Notes under the pieces: model-generated
What the model saw: only the letters and a program-made list of their open reading frames with translations
The model's database searches: none
What the model was told of the DNA's origin: nothing
Part shown: positions 7,881 through 16,004 of the stretch, one piece after another
Position numbering within the stretch: position 1 is the stretch's first letter
Layout of the letters: each line of letters starts with the position of its first letter
DNA from: Candidatus Nanoarchaeia archaeon
GTDB lineage: Archaea > Nanobdellota > Nanobdellia > Woesearchaeales > UBA10216
Length of the DNA stretch: 30,979 nt
NCBI GenBank assembly: GCA_028279045.1
Contig: JANQSZ010000030.1
Span: 1-30,979, forward strand
Direction of reading: 5' to 3'
Program-made: the position numbers and the translations under genes

Positions 7881-9008
7881 ATGGTATACGAACCGCGCGA
7901 AGATAGTTACTTTCTGCAGAAGTTTGTTTCTGGCGTTAGAGGTAGAGTACTTGACATGGGAACAGGTACTGGTGTACAAGCCGAGGAAGCTGCGAAAACT
8001 GCAGATGTTGTTGCAGTTGATATCGATCCTGAGGCGCTGAAGATTGCTAAGCGGCTTACCAATGTGAAAGTTATCAAAAGTGATTTGTTCAGTAATGTTG
8101 AAGGGGAGTTTGATGCTATCATCAGCAATGCGCCGTACTTGCCTACTGACAAAAAGCACCCTGATGTTGCACTCGACGGTGGAAAGCACGGTTATGAGTG
8201 GATATGGCGGTTTTTGGAAGGGTCAAGGAAACACTTGGCAGCTGGTGGAAGAATAGTGTTGTTGTGCAGTTCGCTTAGCAAAAAAGAAAAAGTAGAGGAA
8301 GGGATTCAGAAGTATGGATATGTGTTTCGCGTTCTTGGTAAGAAGAATTTGTTTGGAGAAATACTGTATGTGTATGAAATTACACAGCATCCGGTGCTTG
8401 CGGAGTTGAATGTTGCGGATCTGGAGTTGCTTGCGCAAGGAAAACGGAGTTTGGTGTATACAGGATTGTTTGGGAAAAAAGTTGCGATCAAGATTAAACA
8501 TCCGCGGAGTAAAGCGGTTGCACGCATTAGTGTGGAAGCTGAATGGCTGCGGAAAATGAATGAGCACGGTATTGGGCCGCGCTATATTGCGAGTTCGGCT
8601 AAATTTGTGATGTATGAATTTGTCGATGGGGAGAAGATTGGAAGTTATCTCGAACATTGTAGTGGGAAAGATGCGCTGCGTGTGTTTCGAAACGTGATGA
8701 AGCAATGCAGAATCATGGATGCGATGAAGGTAGATAAGGAAGAGATGCATCATCCTGTCAAACATGTGTTGATTAGCAAGCGAGTAGTGCTGATTGATTT
8801 TGAGCGATGTCATAAAGTCAAGCTGGGGAAGAATGTAACGCAGTTTGTGCAGTTCCTGGTATCGGGAAATGTGGAAAGACACTTAAAGAAGAAGAAAATT
8901 AAGCTTGATAGGGAAAAATTATTGGAGGCAGCCAAATGGTACAAAAAGGACCAGTCCGACAAGAATATGAATCAGATATTAAAGCTGGTAAAATCAAACC
9001 AGGGATGA
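7881..9008 (+). CDS. fusion protein: Mtq2/HemK-type SAM methyltransferase (N-terminal) plus atypical protein-kinase-like domain (C-terminal)
   Basis: N-terminal half: VYEPREDSYFL, VLDMGTGTGV (motif I) and DAIISNAPYLP (NPPY-type motif IV), as in archaeal/eukaryotic release-factor glutamine methyltransferases. C-terminal half: LAQGKRSLVY (G-loop-like), VAIKIK (VAIK Lys), EAEWL, MYEFVDGE hinge and LIDFERC (DFG-like). ATG at 7881 is preferred over the TTG at 7833. Confidence 0.75.
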   Translation: MVYEPREDSYFLQKFVSGVRGRVLDMGTGTGVQAEEAAKTADVVAVDIDPEALKIAKRLTNVKVIKSDLFSNVEGEFDAIISNAPYLPTDKKHPDVALDGGKHGYEWIWRFLEGSRKHLAAGGRIVLLCSSLSKKEKVEEGIQKYGYVFRVLGKKNLFGEILYVYEITQHPVLAELNVADLELLAQGKRSLVYTGLFGKKVAIKIKHPRSKAVARISVEAEWLRKMNEHGIGPRYIASSAKFVMYEFVDGEKIGSYLEHCSGKDALRVFRNVMKQCRIMDAMKVDKEEMHHPVKHVLISKRVVLIDFERCHKVKLGKNVTQFVQFLVSGNVERHLKKKKIKLDREKLLEAAKWYKKDQSDKNMNQILKLVKSNQG

Positions 9009-9316
9009 ACTTTAATGAAAGAGTGTGGGCTCTTACTAGTCGTATTCCAGAGGGTGAAGTGACTACTTATGGCGAGATAGCTCGGAAGATGGGTACTAAA
9101 GCTGCACGTGCTGTTGGGAATGCGTTGAATCGCAATCCGTATGCACCTGAAGTTCCTTGTCATCGAGTTGTAGCATCCAATGGAGCGTTAACTGGATTTG
9201 CAACAGGGCTTGCTAAAAAGGAACGGATTCTTGCGAAAGAGGGTGTAAAGGTTAGTGTTGATCATAAGGATGCTGCGAAGAAACGGATTGTCGTTGAGTA
9301 TTACAAATTCCGATGA
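9005..9316 (+). CDS. ogt: O6-alkylguanine-DNA alkyltransferase, catalytic/DNA-binding domain only
   Basis: TTYGEIARKMG..AARAVGNALNRNPYAPEVPCHRVV contains the PCHR active-site motif. ATG at 9005 forms an ATGA overlap with the upstream stop. About 103 aa, with no N-terminal domain. Confidence 0.85.
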   Translation: MNFNERVWALTSRIPEGEVTTYGEIARKMGTKAARAVGNALNRNPYAPEVPCHRVVASNGALTGFATGLAKKERILAKEGVKVSVDHKDAAKKRIVVEYYKFR

Positions 9317-9915
9317 ACTACAAGGATGTTACAAAGGAAAGTTATAATTCTAGCGTAGAGGCGTATGCGGCAAGGAATGCAAGTAGAACGAACCCGCGCT
9401 TGCAAGCTTTTTTTGATATGCTTCCGGGAACGAAAGTTTTAGAAGTTGGATGCGGCGATGGACGGGATGCGAAAATCTATTCTGAACAAGGTTTTGTCAT
9501 AACTGGCATTGATATTTCTGAAAAAATGATTGCGCATGCAAAGCAACATGCTGTAAAGGCAGAATTTTTTGTTATGGACGCTACTTCACTGGAGTTTCCT
9601 GATAATACTTTTGATGGCGTGCTTGCCGCAGCTTCATTGCATCATGTTTCCCGAGAAGATATGCCCAAAGTAATCAAAGAAATACATCGCGTGCTGAAAC
9701 CCGGAGGACTCTGTAGGATTACGGTGAAGAAGGGGGACAATGCACGGTTTGAGAAAGATGAACGCTATGGCGGTGTAGAGAAATTCTGGAATTACATGAA
9801 TGAAGAATACTTACGAGAACAACTTAGTGATTTTGAGATTGTTGAGATGATTGAACATCCATCTGAATCGAATCCAGACCTGATGTGGGTAGAAGTTGTG
9901 GCACGATCACGCTAA
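9313..9915 (+). CDS. class I SAM-dependent methyltransferase
   Basis: VLEVGCGDGRDA (motif I), ITGIDISEKM, FDGVLAAASLHHV and LKPGG. ATGA overlap with ogt. Confidence 0.8.
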   Translation: MNYKDVTKESYNSSVEAYAARNASRTNPRLQAFFDMLPGTKVLEVGCGDGRDAKIYSEQGFVITGIDISEKMIAHAKQHAVKAEFFVMDATSLEFPDNTFDGVLAAASLHHVSREDMPKVIKEIHRVLKPGGLCRITVKKGDNARFEKDERYGGVEKFWNYMNEEYLREQLSDFEIVEMIEHPSESNPDLMWVEVVARSR

Positions 9916-11301
9916 ATCTTGCAATGTTTGCACACGCAAATTATCAGAATGTCCTTTCTTGCCGACTTTTGTTCCTAGCGTTACCACGACGCGGCTTGAT
10001 GGTTTGAGGAGTTTCTTTCTGAGAAGAATTTTCGCTGTACTCTTGAGGAGAGCGTCGCTGCTTTTTTCTCGCGTACCCATAACTGGATAGGTTCCATACG
10101 ATAACGAGAGTTCCCGGAATGTATTCTCTTCTGGCGTCATTGCGAAAATAGGAATGCGTGGTTTGTAACGCGCAATGAAACGTGCTGTTGAACCGTGAAT
10201 TGTATGGGTGATGATTGCATCTGCGTGCAGATCCTTCGTAGCTGCGTACGCACTCTTGCCGATGAATTCTTGCGTTGACGCCATTTGCTTGCCGAAGATT
10301 TTTGATCTGCTAATAAGTGGAATTTGCTCATTGTATTTTGAAATTCTCGCGAGCATCTCAACAGCGCGGACAGGGTACTTGCCGGTTGCTGTTTCACCGG
10401 AGAGCATTAATGCATCAGTACCGTCGAAAATTGCATTTGCAATGTCTGTTGCTTCTGCTCTTGTGGGCCTAGGTGAGTTGGTCATTGATTCCAGCACTTG
10501 CGTTGCGGTAATGACTGGGATTGCTTCGATGTTGCAGCGCATGATAATGCTTTTTTGCAGTGCAGGAACTTGTTCGATTGGTAGTCCTAATCCGAGATCG
10601 CCGCGCGCAACCATGACGCCGTCGGAATTGCGCACGATGTCTTGCAAGTTTTCAATTGCTTGTTTGTTCTCTACTTTAGAAATGAGTTTTATTCCGCCCA
10701 TCAGTGCGCGAATGGCTGCGATGTCTTTTTTGTTTCTCACAAAAGAAGCTGCCACGAAATCAATATCGAGCTCGCGAGCAATTTTCATGTCGTCTTTGTC
10801 TTTCTTTGAGAGAAATGGAGTGTGTAAACTTGCTGCTCCGGGAAAGTTTGCGTTTCTTTTACTTTTGAGAATGCCAGGGCCAGTGACTTTTGCAAATGTT
10901 TTCTTGCCTGTCTTGGTAACTTTGAGCTCAATCATGCCATCGCTCAACAGGATTTCATCCCCGACTGAGAATTTTGCTTTTGCTGCGCCGTTGATGTGGA
11001 GTACTTTATCTGTGCATTCGCCTTGGCCGAGATGCACTTCAAGAACTTGATTGAGTTTCAGCTTGATTGGTTCTTTACAGACACCAGTCCGGACTTCAGG
11101 GCCTTTAGTATCGAGCATGATAGCGAGATCAGGAGCGACTTTGCGGAGTGTTTTGACTAGCGGAGGGATCTTTTCTGGGTCAGCATGGCTCAGATTGATC
11201 CTGGCAACGTTCATGCCCGCCTTGTGCATCTGCTTCAGAGTAGAAAGAGTATTACAACTCGGTCCAATAGTGCAGACGATTTTAGTGAGTTTCACTACCA
11301 C
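9907..11301 (-). CDS. pyk: pyruvate kinase
   Basis: TKIVCTIGPS, MNVARINLSH, MLDTKGPEVRTG, KVENKQAIENL, MVARGDLG and ATQVLESM are all canonical PK motifs. 464 aa. Confidence 0.95.
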   Translation of the reverse strand: MVVKLTKIVCTIGPSCNTLSTLKQMHKAGMNVARINLSHADPEKIPPLVKTLRKVAPDLAIMLDTKGPEVRTGVCKEPIKLKLNQVLEVHLGQGECTDKVLHINGAAKAKFSVGDEILLSDGMIELKVTKTGKKTFAKVTGPGILKSKRNANFPGAASLHTPFLSKKDKDDMKIARELDIDFVAASFVRNKKDIAAIRALMGGIKLISKVENKQAIENLQDIVRNSDGVMVARGDLGLGLPIEQVPALQKSIIMRCNIEAIPVITATQVLESMTNSPRPTRAEATDIANAIFDGTDALMLSGETATGKYPVRAVEMLARISKYNEQIPLISRSKIFGKQMASTQEFIGKSAYAATKDLHADAIITHTIHGSTARFIARYKPRIPIFAMTPEENTFRELSLSYGTYPVMGTREKSSDALLKSTAKILLRKKLLKPSSRVVVTLGTKVGKKGHSDNLRVQTLQDLA

Positions 11302-11372
11302 TACTGAATACTTGAGGTTAATAAATGTTATAGTTAGGAAGAGTTATATTCTCAACCGAGTTACCCTGTGTC

Positions 11373-11783
11373 ATGACTGAACTCACTGTTGACGAAATCA
11401 CTGAAGCATTGAATCATGCCATCCGAGAGAGGAACCTGGATTTTAGAGCAGACTTCAAAGAAGATTATGTTGGCTGTGGCGTTATTCTTTATGGTGATTG
11501 GATTCCAGAAGGCAAGATAGATCAAGAAGGTCATTTATACGGAGTGGCACTCTGGCGATATGAAGAAGAGGGCTTCTTTGCTGATTTTGGTGACATGCTC
11601 TTGAGCGCAACACCGACTCGGGGACTGGATATTTGGGATACAGTAGTGTATGATAATGAAGATGAACTACGGTCGCAATTCGAAAAAGGCGGACTTATTG
11701 GCTCAGAACCGCACGTTCTCGTTACACCATTCAAAAACATAGCTGACACTGTACAGCCAATTCTAGATACTATTAGTTCTTAG
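11373..11783 (+). CDS. hypothetical acidic cytosolic protein
   Basis: 136-aa ORF with no motif I recognise. TTATATT (11344..11350) is centred 26 nt upstream of the ATG, so it looks leaderless. Confidence 0.5.
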   Translation: MTELTVDEITEALNHAIRERNLDFRADFKEDYVGCGVILYGDWIPEGKIDQEGHLYGVALWRYEEEGFFADFGDMLLSATPTRGLDIWDTVVYDNEDELRSQFEKGGLIGSEPHVLVTPFKNIADTVQPILDTISS

Positions 11784-11806
11784 AAAAAAAAGTATAAGAA
11801 AAAAAA
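11784..11806 (-). terminator. oligo-T terminator (minus strand) after tfb
   Basis: The reverse complement reads ttttttttcttatactttttttt immediately after the tfb stop. Confidence 0.5.
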
Positions 11807-12733
11807 TTATTCCTTGACCTTCTTCTTGGTCTTCTTGATTTCCTTCTCAAGCTGAAGCTTGTCAAGAAGTTCCTTGTAGCGGTTTCGGATTGTCACTTCA
11901 GTAACACCAGCAACATCTGCGACTTCACGCTGAGTGCGCTTTTCGCCGTAAATGAGTGCTGCTACGTAGAGTGCAGCTGCTGCGATTCCTGTAGGACCGC
12001 GTCCAGATGTTAATTCGCTCTTTTGCGCACGTTCCAAGATCTCAATAGACTTGGACTGTGTTTCTGCGCTCAACTTTAGAGCAGAAGCGAATCGTGGAAT
12101 ATAGTCAGCTGGATTGGAAGGCATTATGGAAATGCCGAGTTCGCGGGTTACGAATCGGTATGTTCGTCCAATTTCCTTCTTCTCATTACCAGAAGCTTCA
12201 GCAAGTTCGTCAAGTGTTCGAGGAACTTCATGACGTCTACATGCTGCGTATAAAGCACCGGCAACAACAGATTCCATTGATCGGCCTCGTACCAGGCCAC
12301 GTTGTACTGCAAGTGTGTAAATACGAGCTGCTTCTTCTTCAACACTCTTTGGAAGTTTCAAGTAGCTTGAAATTCTCTTCAATTCGGAAAGTGCAAGCTT
12401 CAAGTTACGCTCAATAGCAGTTGAGATTCTGTACTGCCACTTTCTCAAACGGAAGAACTTGTTTCTGGACTTGTTTTCCAAACGTGACAAGTCTGCTTTC
12501 ATACCAACTTCAGTACCCAAACCTTGGTCGTACTGTGTATAGGTCATAGGAGCTCCTACACGTCTGCGGCTATCACCGCTATCAGAATCGAACTCACGCC
12601 ACTCTTGGCCGAAGTCAACCATCTTATCTTCGACTACTAGACCGCAGTCTCTACAGATGATCTCTCCTTTTTCTTTGTTCCAGAATAGATTAATGCCCCC
12701 ACATTCAGGACACTTTTTGACAAAATCGCTCAT
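11807..12733 (-). CDS. tfb: transcription initiation factor IIB (TFB)
   Basis: N-terminal Zn ribbon CPECGG...CRDCG, B-finger region and two cyclin repeats, ending with ...TEVTIRNRYKEL. ATG at 12733 (MSDFVKKCPECGG) is preferred over the TTG at 12796. Confidence 0.95.
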   Translation of the reverse strand: MSDFVKKCPECGGINLFWNKEKGEIICRDCGLVVEDKMVDFGQEWREFDSDSGDSRRRVGAPMTYTQYDQGLGTEVGMKADLSRLENKSRNKFFRLRKWQYRISTAIERNLKLALSELKRISSYLKLPKSVEEEAARIYTLAVQRGLVRGRSMESVVAGALYAACRRHEVPRTLDELAEASGNEKKEIGRTYRFVTRELGISIMPSNPADYIPRFASALKLSAETQSKSIEILERAQKSELTSGRGPTGIAAAALYVAALIYGEKRTQREVADVAGVTEVTIRNRYKELLDKLQLEKEIKKTKKKVKE

Positions 12734-12928
12734 TATGCTCCCCCCATAGTTTCGAAAGGTATACCCCCCAACGAAACGGTTAATTATGATACTCAAAGAC
12801 CATTAATTACTTAAATAGGAGATCGAACTGATATATAAAGCTTTCGAATTCCCTAGGGCTTCTATAAAAACATTGCGAATCATTTATTAACAAATCCGCG
12901 TTCTAACATAAGAATAGTAGTCCCCTAC

Positions 12929-12934
12929 TATATA
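12929..12934 (+). promoter_or_regulatory. TATA box of the rel gene (leaderless)
   Basis: ctaTATATAgttt is centred about 25 nt upstream of the ATG at 12956 and is preceded by a 6-bp hairpin tagtag-tccc-ctacta (12915..12930). Confidence 0.5.
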
Positions 12935-12955
12935 GTTTATGGTGATTTTGGGTGT

Positions 12956-14869
12956 ATGACAGAAGAGAATCACGTACTCGGGCTAGACAAAGACGGCTAT
13001 TTACGTCACCTTCTAGTGTATAATCCTAACGCTGATCTGAAACTGATTGGACGTGCGTATACTTATGCTGAAGAAGCGCACGCAGGCCAGAAACGGCTTT
13101 CAGGGGAACCGTATTTTGAACATGTTCGGAACGTAGCGCACATTATTGCTTCTTTGCGATTAGATTCTGCTACAATAGCTGCAGGGTTGTTGCATGATGT
13201 CATAGAAGACACGCCAATTACGGATAAACAGATTAAAAAAGAGTTTGGCAAGGAAATTCTTGAGTTGATTCAAGGAGTTACCAAAATTGACAATGCACAA
13301 ATCAAGCTGGACAGTGATGAAGAACGCCGCGCAGAGAATGTGCGGAAGGTATTGCTTGCTACGATTAAGGATATTCGTGTTATTTTGATTAAATTGGCTG
13401 ATCGATTACATAATATGCGAACACTGAAGCACAAATCAATAACAGAACAAAAACGGATTGCGAAAGAAACACTTGAGATTTACGTACCGATTGCGTACAA
13501 ACTTGGAATATATCGTATCAAGAGTGAATTAGAAGATTTATGCATGCGATTCTTGATGCCTCATGTGTATCAGAACTTGAAATCACAAATTTCTCGAACA
13601 AAAGAAGAACGTGAACGAGAAGTTGCGGTGAATACGAAAAAGATTGCTGCGTTGTTGAAACGGAAAGAGATTGAAGCAGAAGTTTATGGGCGGGCGAAGA
13701 ATTTCTTTAGCATTTACAAGAAAATGCGGCGCAAGGATTTGAAGTTCAAGGAAATTCATGATTTGAGTGCGATGAGAGTTGTCGTTAAGAATATTGATGA
13801 CTGTTATCGTGTACTTGCATTGTTGCACGAAACATTTCAGCCAATACCAGGGCGGTTTGATGATTACATTTCCACACCGAAGCCGAACATGTATCAATCG
13901 TTGCATACTGAAGTTGTTATTGATGGTAAACCAGCAGAAGTGCAAGTACGTACGTCGGAAATGCACTATGTGGCAGAAGAAGGAATTGCAGCGCACTGGC
14001 GATATAAGGATACTGATCGCGATAAGAAGTTTGATCGAACAATTGGTTGGTTGAAGCAGATTTTGGAATGGAAACGAAGTGCGAACGCGAAAGAATTCAT
14101 TGAAAATTTGAAGATTGATGTTTTCAAAGATGAAATTTATGTGTTAACACCGAAAGGCGATCCTATACCACTACCCGAAGGAGCGACGCCGATAGATTTT
14201 GCTTATCGTGTGCATAGCGGAGTTGGAGATCGTTGTGTTTCTGCGAAAGTGAACAACAACATTGTGCCGTTGGACCATCAGCTCGGAAGCGGAGATGTTG
14301 TTGAAATTTTAACACGGAGAAATGCACTGCCATCTCGTAACTGGTTGAAGTTTGCGAAGACGAACACTGCGAAGAGTAAAATTCGGCAAAAATTGGGTAT
14401 GACGCAGGAACGCGATCCTAAACAAGAACGGGAATTGATGCGAGAATATTTGTTGGAGAAGATTGATGCTCCTGATAATGCGAAGTTGCGATTATCGCAA
14501 GATTGTCGATGTGAATACGGACGTGCGATCACCGGATATCGCATGAAAGATGGTCGAATTAGTGTGCATAACTTGGGATGTGAAAGTTTGAATAGTTTGA
14601 ACAAGAAAAATATTGTTCCGTTGTCGTGGAAAGAACATGGGCAGGTTAATGTTTCTAAGATTCAAGTGCAAGCGACAGATCGAACAGGATTGTTTTCTGA
14701 TTTGTTGAATACGTTTACTGAAGAGCAGATGAAAGTGAATGCGATCCATACCAAGACAAGAAAAGATAAGTTCCACATTGTGTTTGAAGTGGAAGATATT
14801 GAGCGTGCTGGAGACGTTGTTACTAAGCTAAAACAGATTCGGAACGTTGTAGGTGTGAGTGCTGCATAA
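12956..14869 (+). CDS. rel: long RelA/SpoT homologue, bifunctional (p)ppGpp synthetase/hydrolase architecture (HD-SYNTH-TGS-helical-ZFD-ACT)
   Basis: HD: HAGQKRLSGEPYFEH...LLHDVIEDT...ADRLHNMRT. Synthetase: GRAKNFFSIYKKM, DLSAMRVVV, YISTPKPNMYQSLHT, EVQVRTSEMHYVAEEGIAAHWRYK. TGS: IYVLTPKGDPIPLPEGATPIDFAYRVHSGVGDRC. Zn-finger-like: CRCEYGRAITGY...ISVHNLGCESL. ACT: VQATDRTGLFSDLLNTF. 637 aa. Confidence 0.93.
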   Translation: MTEENHVLGLDKDGYLRHLLVYNPNADLKLIGRAYTYAEEAHAGQKRLSGEPYFEHVRNVAHIIASLRLDSATIAAGLLHDVIEDTPITDKQIKKEFGKEILELIQGVTKIDNAQIKLDSDEERRAENVRKVLLATIKDIRVILIKLADRLHNMRTLKHKSITEQKRIAKETLEIYVPIAYKLGIYRIKSELEDLCMRFLMPHVYQNLKSQISRTKEEREREVAVNTKKIAALLKRKEIEAEVYGRAKNFFSIYKKMRRKDLKFKEIHDLSAMRVVVKNIDDCYRVLALLHETFQPIPGRFDDYISTPKPNMYQSLHTEVVIDGKPAEVQVRTSEMHYVAEEGIAAHWRYKDTDRDKKFDRTIGWLKQILEWKRSANAKEFIENLKIDVFKDEIYVLTPKGDPIPLPEGATPIDFAYRVHSGVGDRCVSAKVNNNIVPLDHQLGSGDVVEILTRRNALPSRNWLKFAKTNTAKSKIRQKLGMTQERDPKQERELMREYLLEKIDAPDNAKLRLSQDCRCEYGRAITGYRMKDGRISVHNLGCESLNSLNKKNIVPLSWKEHGQVNVSKIQVQATDRTGLFSDLLNTFTEEQMKVNAIHTKTRKDKFHIVFEVEDIERAGDVVTKLKQIRNVVGVSAA

Positions 14870-15908
14870 ATTCTTGAATGACTGATTGTCGACCAGGATC
14901 GGGCGTGAGTTTACTTAATTTTACACCAACGAGACGAACAGGTTTTTCTTTAACATGTGTTATGAAAAGCTCATTTGTCACTTTTTTAATGTCTTCCAAT
15001 TCTGTTGTTGCGGTTTGTAATGTGTAATCGCGCGTTATTGTTGAGAAATCGTGGTACCGCACTTTAATTGAGATTGTTTTGCATGCGCGTCTTCCGAGAT
15101 CTTTGTAGACTTTCTTGCAGACTTTACCGAGGAACTTTTGCGCTTCTTTGCTTGTTACGTCTTCAAAAAAGGTTCTTTCTCGGCTGACTGATTTTGCTGC
15201 ACCGCGTTGACGTATGCGTGATGTGATTTCACCCAATGCGATTTGTTGTAATCGCACGCCGTACATGCCGAAGTATCTTAAAACGCGGAAGCGATTCATT
15301 TTCATCAAGTCACCAATCGTTAATACTCCTTTGTTGTGGAAGTATTGCTTGCTCTTTTTTCCGACGCCAGGGAATGTTTCTATTGGTAGTGGCTGGAGGA
15401 TTTGTTCTGGATTCACTAAGACAGCGGTGCCTGCAGGTTTGTTGAGCTCTGATCCAATTTTTGCAAGGGTTTTTGATTTAGCAATTCCAACTGAGCAGGA
15501 GAGATTTGTTTGGAAAACAACTAATGAGCGAAGGATTCTGGCTGTTTGCTCAAGTGTTTCGTACCGGCGAGAGAATGAAGTAATGTCAAGATACGCTTCG
15601 TCAACAGATACCTGCTGCATGTCATCGGAAAAGCGATGGAGAATTGACATAATTGTTTGTGATTGCTCGCGATAATAGCTGTAGTCTCCTGGCAAGAAAA
15701 TACCGTTAGGGCAGCGCTTCCTTGCGATTGAGATTGGGGTAGCTGAAAAGACACCGAACTTTCTGGCTTCGTAATTTGCAGCGGAGACAACGCCGCGTTT
15801 TCCTGTTGCGCCAACCATGACCGGCTTGCCTTTTAGTGATGGATCCTTTTTTTCTTCGCATGCTACGAAAAAGCAGTCCATATCCACATGGGCAAGGATA
15901 CGATCCAT
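14823..15908 (-). CDS. dinB: Y-family DNA polymerase IV (Dpo4/DinB)
   Basis: ILAHVDMDCFFVACEE, KPVMVG...GVVSAANYEARKFGV, VSVDEAYLDIT, and a little-finger region at the C-terminus. The 3' end overlaps rel by 47 nt (convergent). Confidence 0.93.
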   Translation of the reverse strand: MDRILAHVDMDCFFVACEEKKDPSLKGKPVMVGATGKRGVVSAANYEARKFGVFSATPISIARKRCPNGIFLPGDYSYYREQSQTIMSILHRFSDDMQQVSVDEAYLDITSFSRRYETLEQTARILRSLVVFQTNLSCSVGIAKSKTLAKIGSELNKPAGTAVLVNPEQILQPLPIETFPGVGKKSKQYFHNKGVLTIGDLMKMNRFRVLRYFGMYGVRLQQIALGEITSRIRQRGAAKSVSRERTFFEDVTSKEAQKFLGKVCKKVYKDLGRRACKTISIKVRYHDFSTITRDYTLQTATTELEDIKKVTNELFITHVKEKPVRLVGVKLSKLTPDPGRQSVIQEFMQHSHLQRSESVLA

Positions 15909-16004
15909 GAGGTCCTGGAAAGTTCATTGCTTAAGTAGGCTAGGCGCGTCCCTGTCCAGTGGAAAGTGAAATGTTTTTATAGCGAAAGGGTATTGCTGGA
16001 AGTA

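Noticed and set aside
8223-8882. 219-aa minus-strand ORF opposite the methyltransferase-kinase fusion
   Set aside because: Antisense shadow ORF with an H/F/N/Q-rich low-information sequence. The sense strand carries clear motifs.
10208-11380. Plus-strand ORFs of 280 aa and 109 aa opposite pyruvate kinase
   Set aside because: Fully antisense to a complete, motif-rich pyk gene. The composition (S/C/L-rich) is typical of shadow frames.
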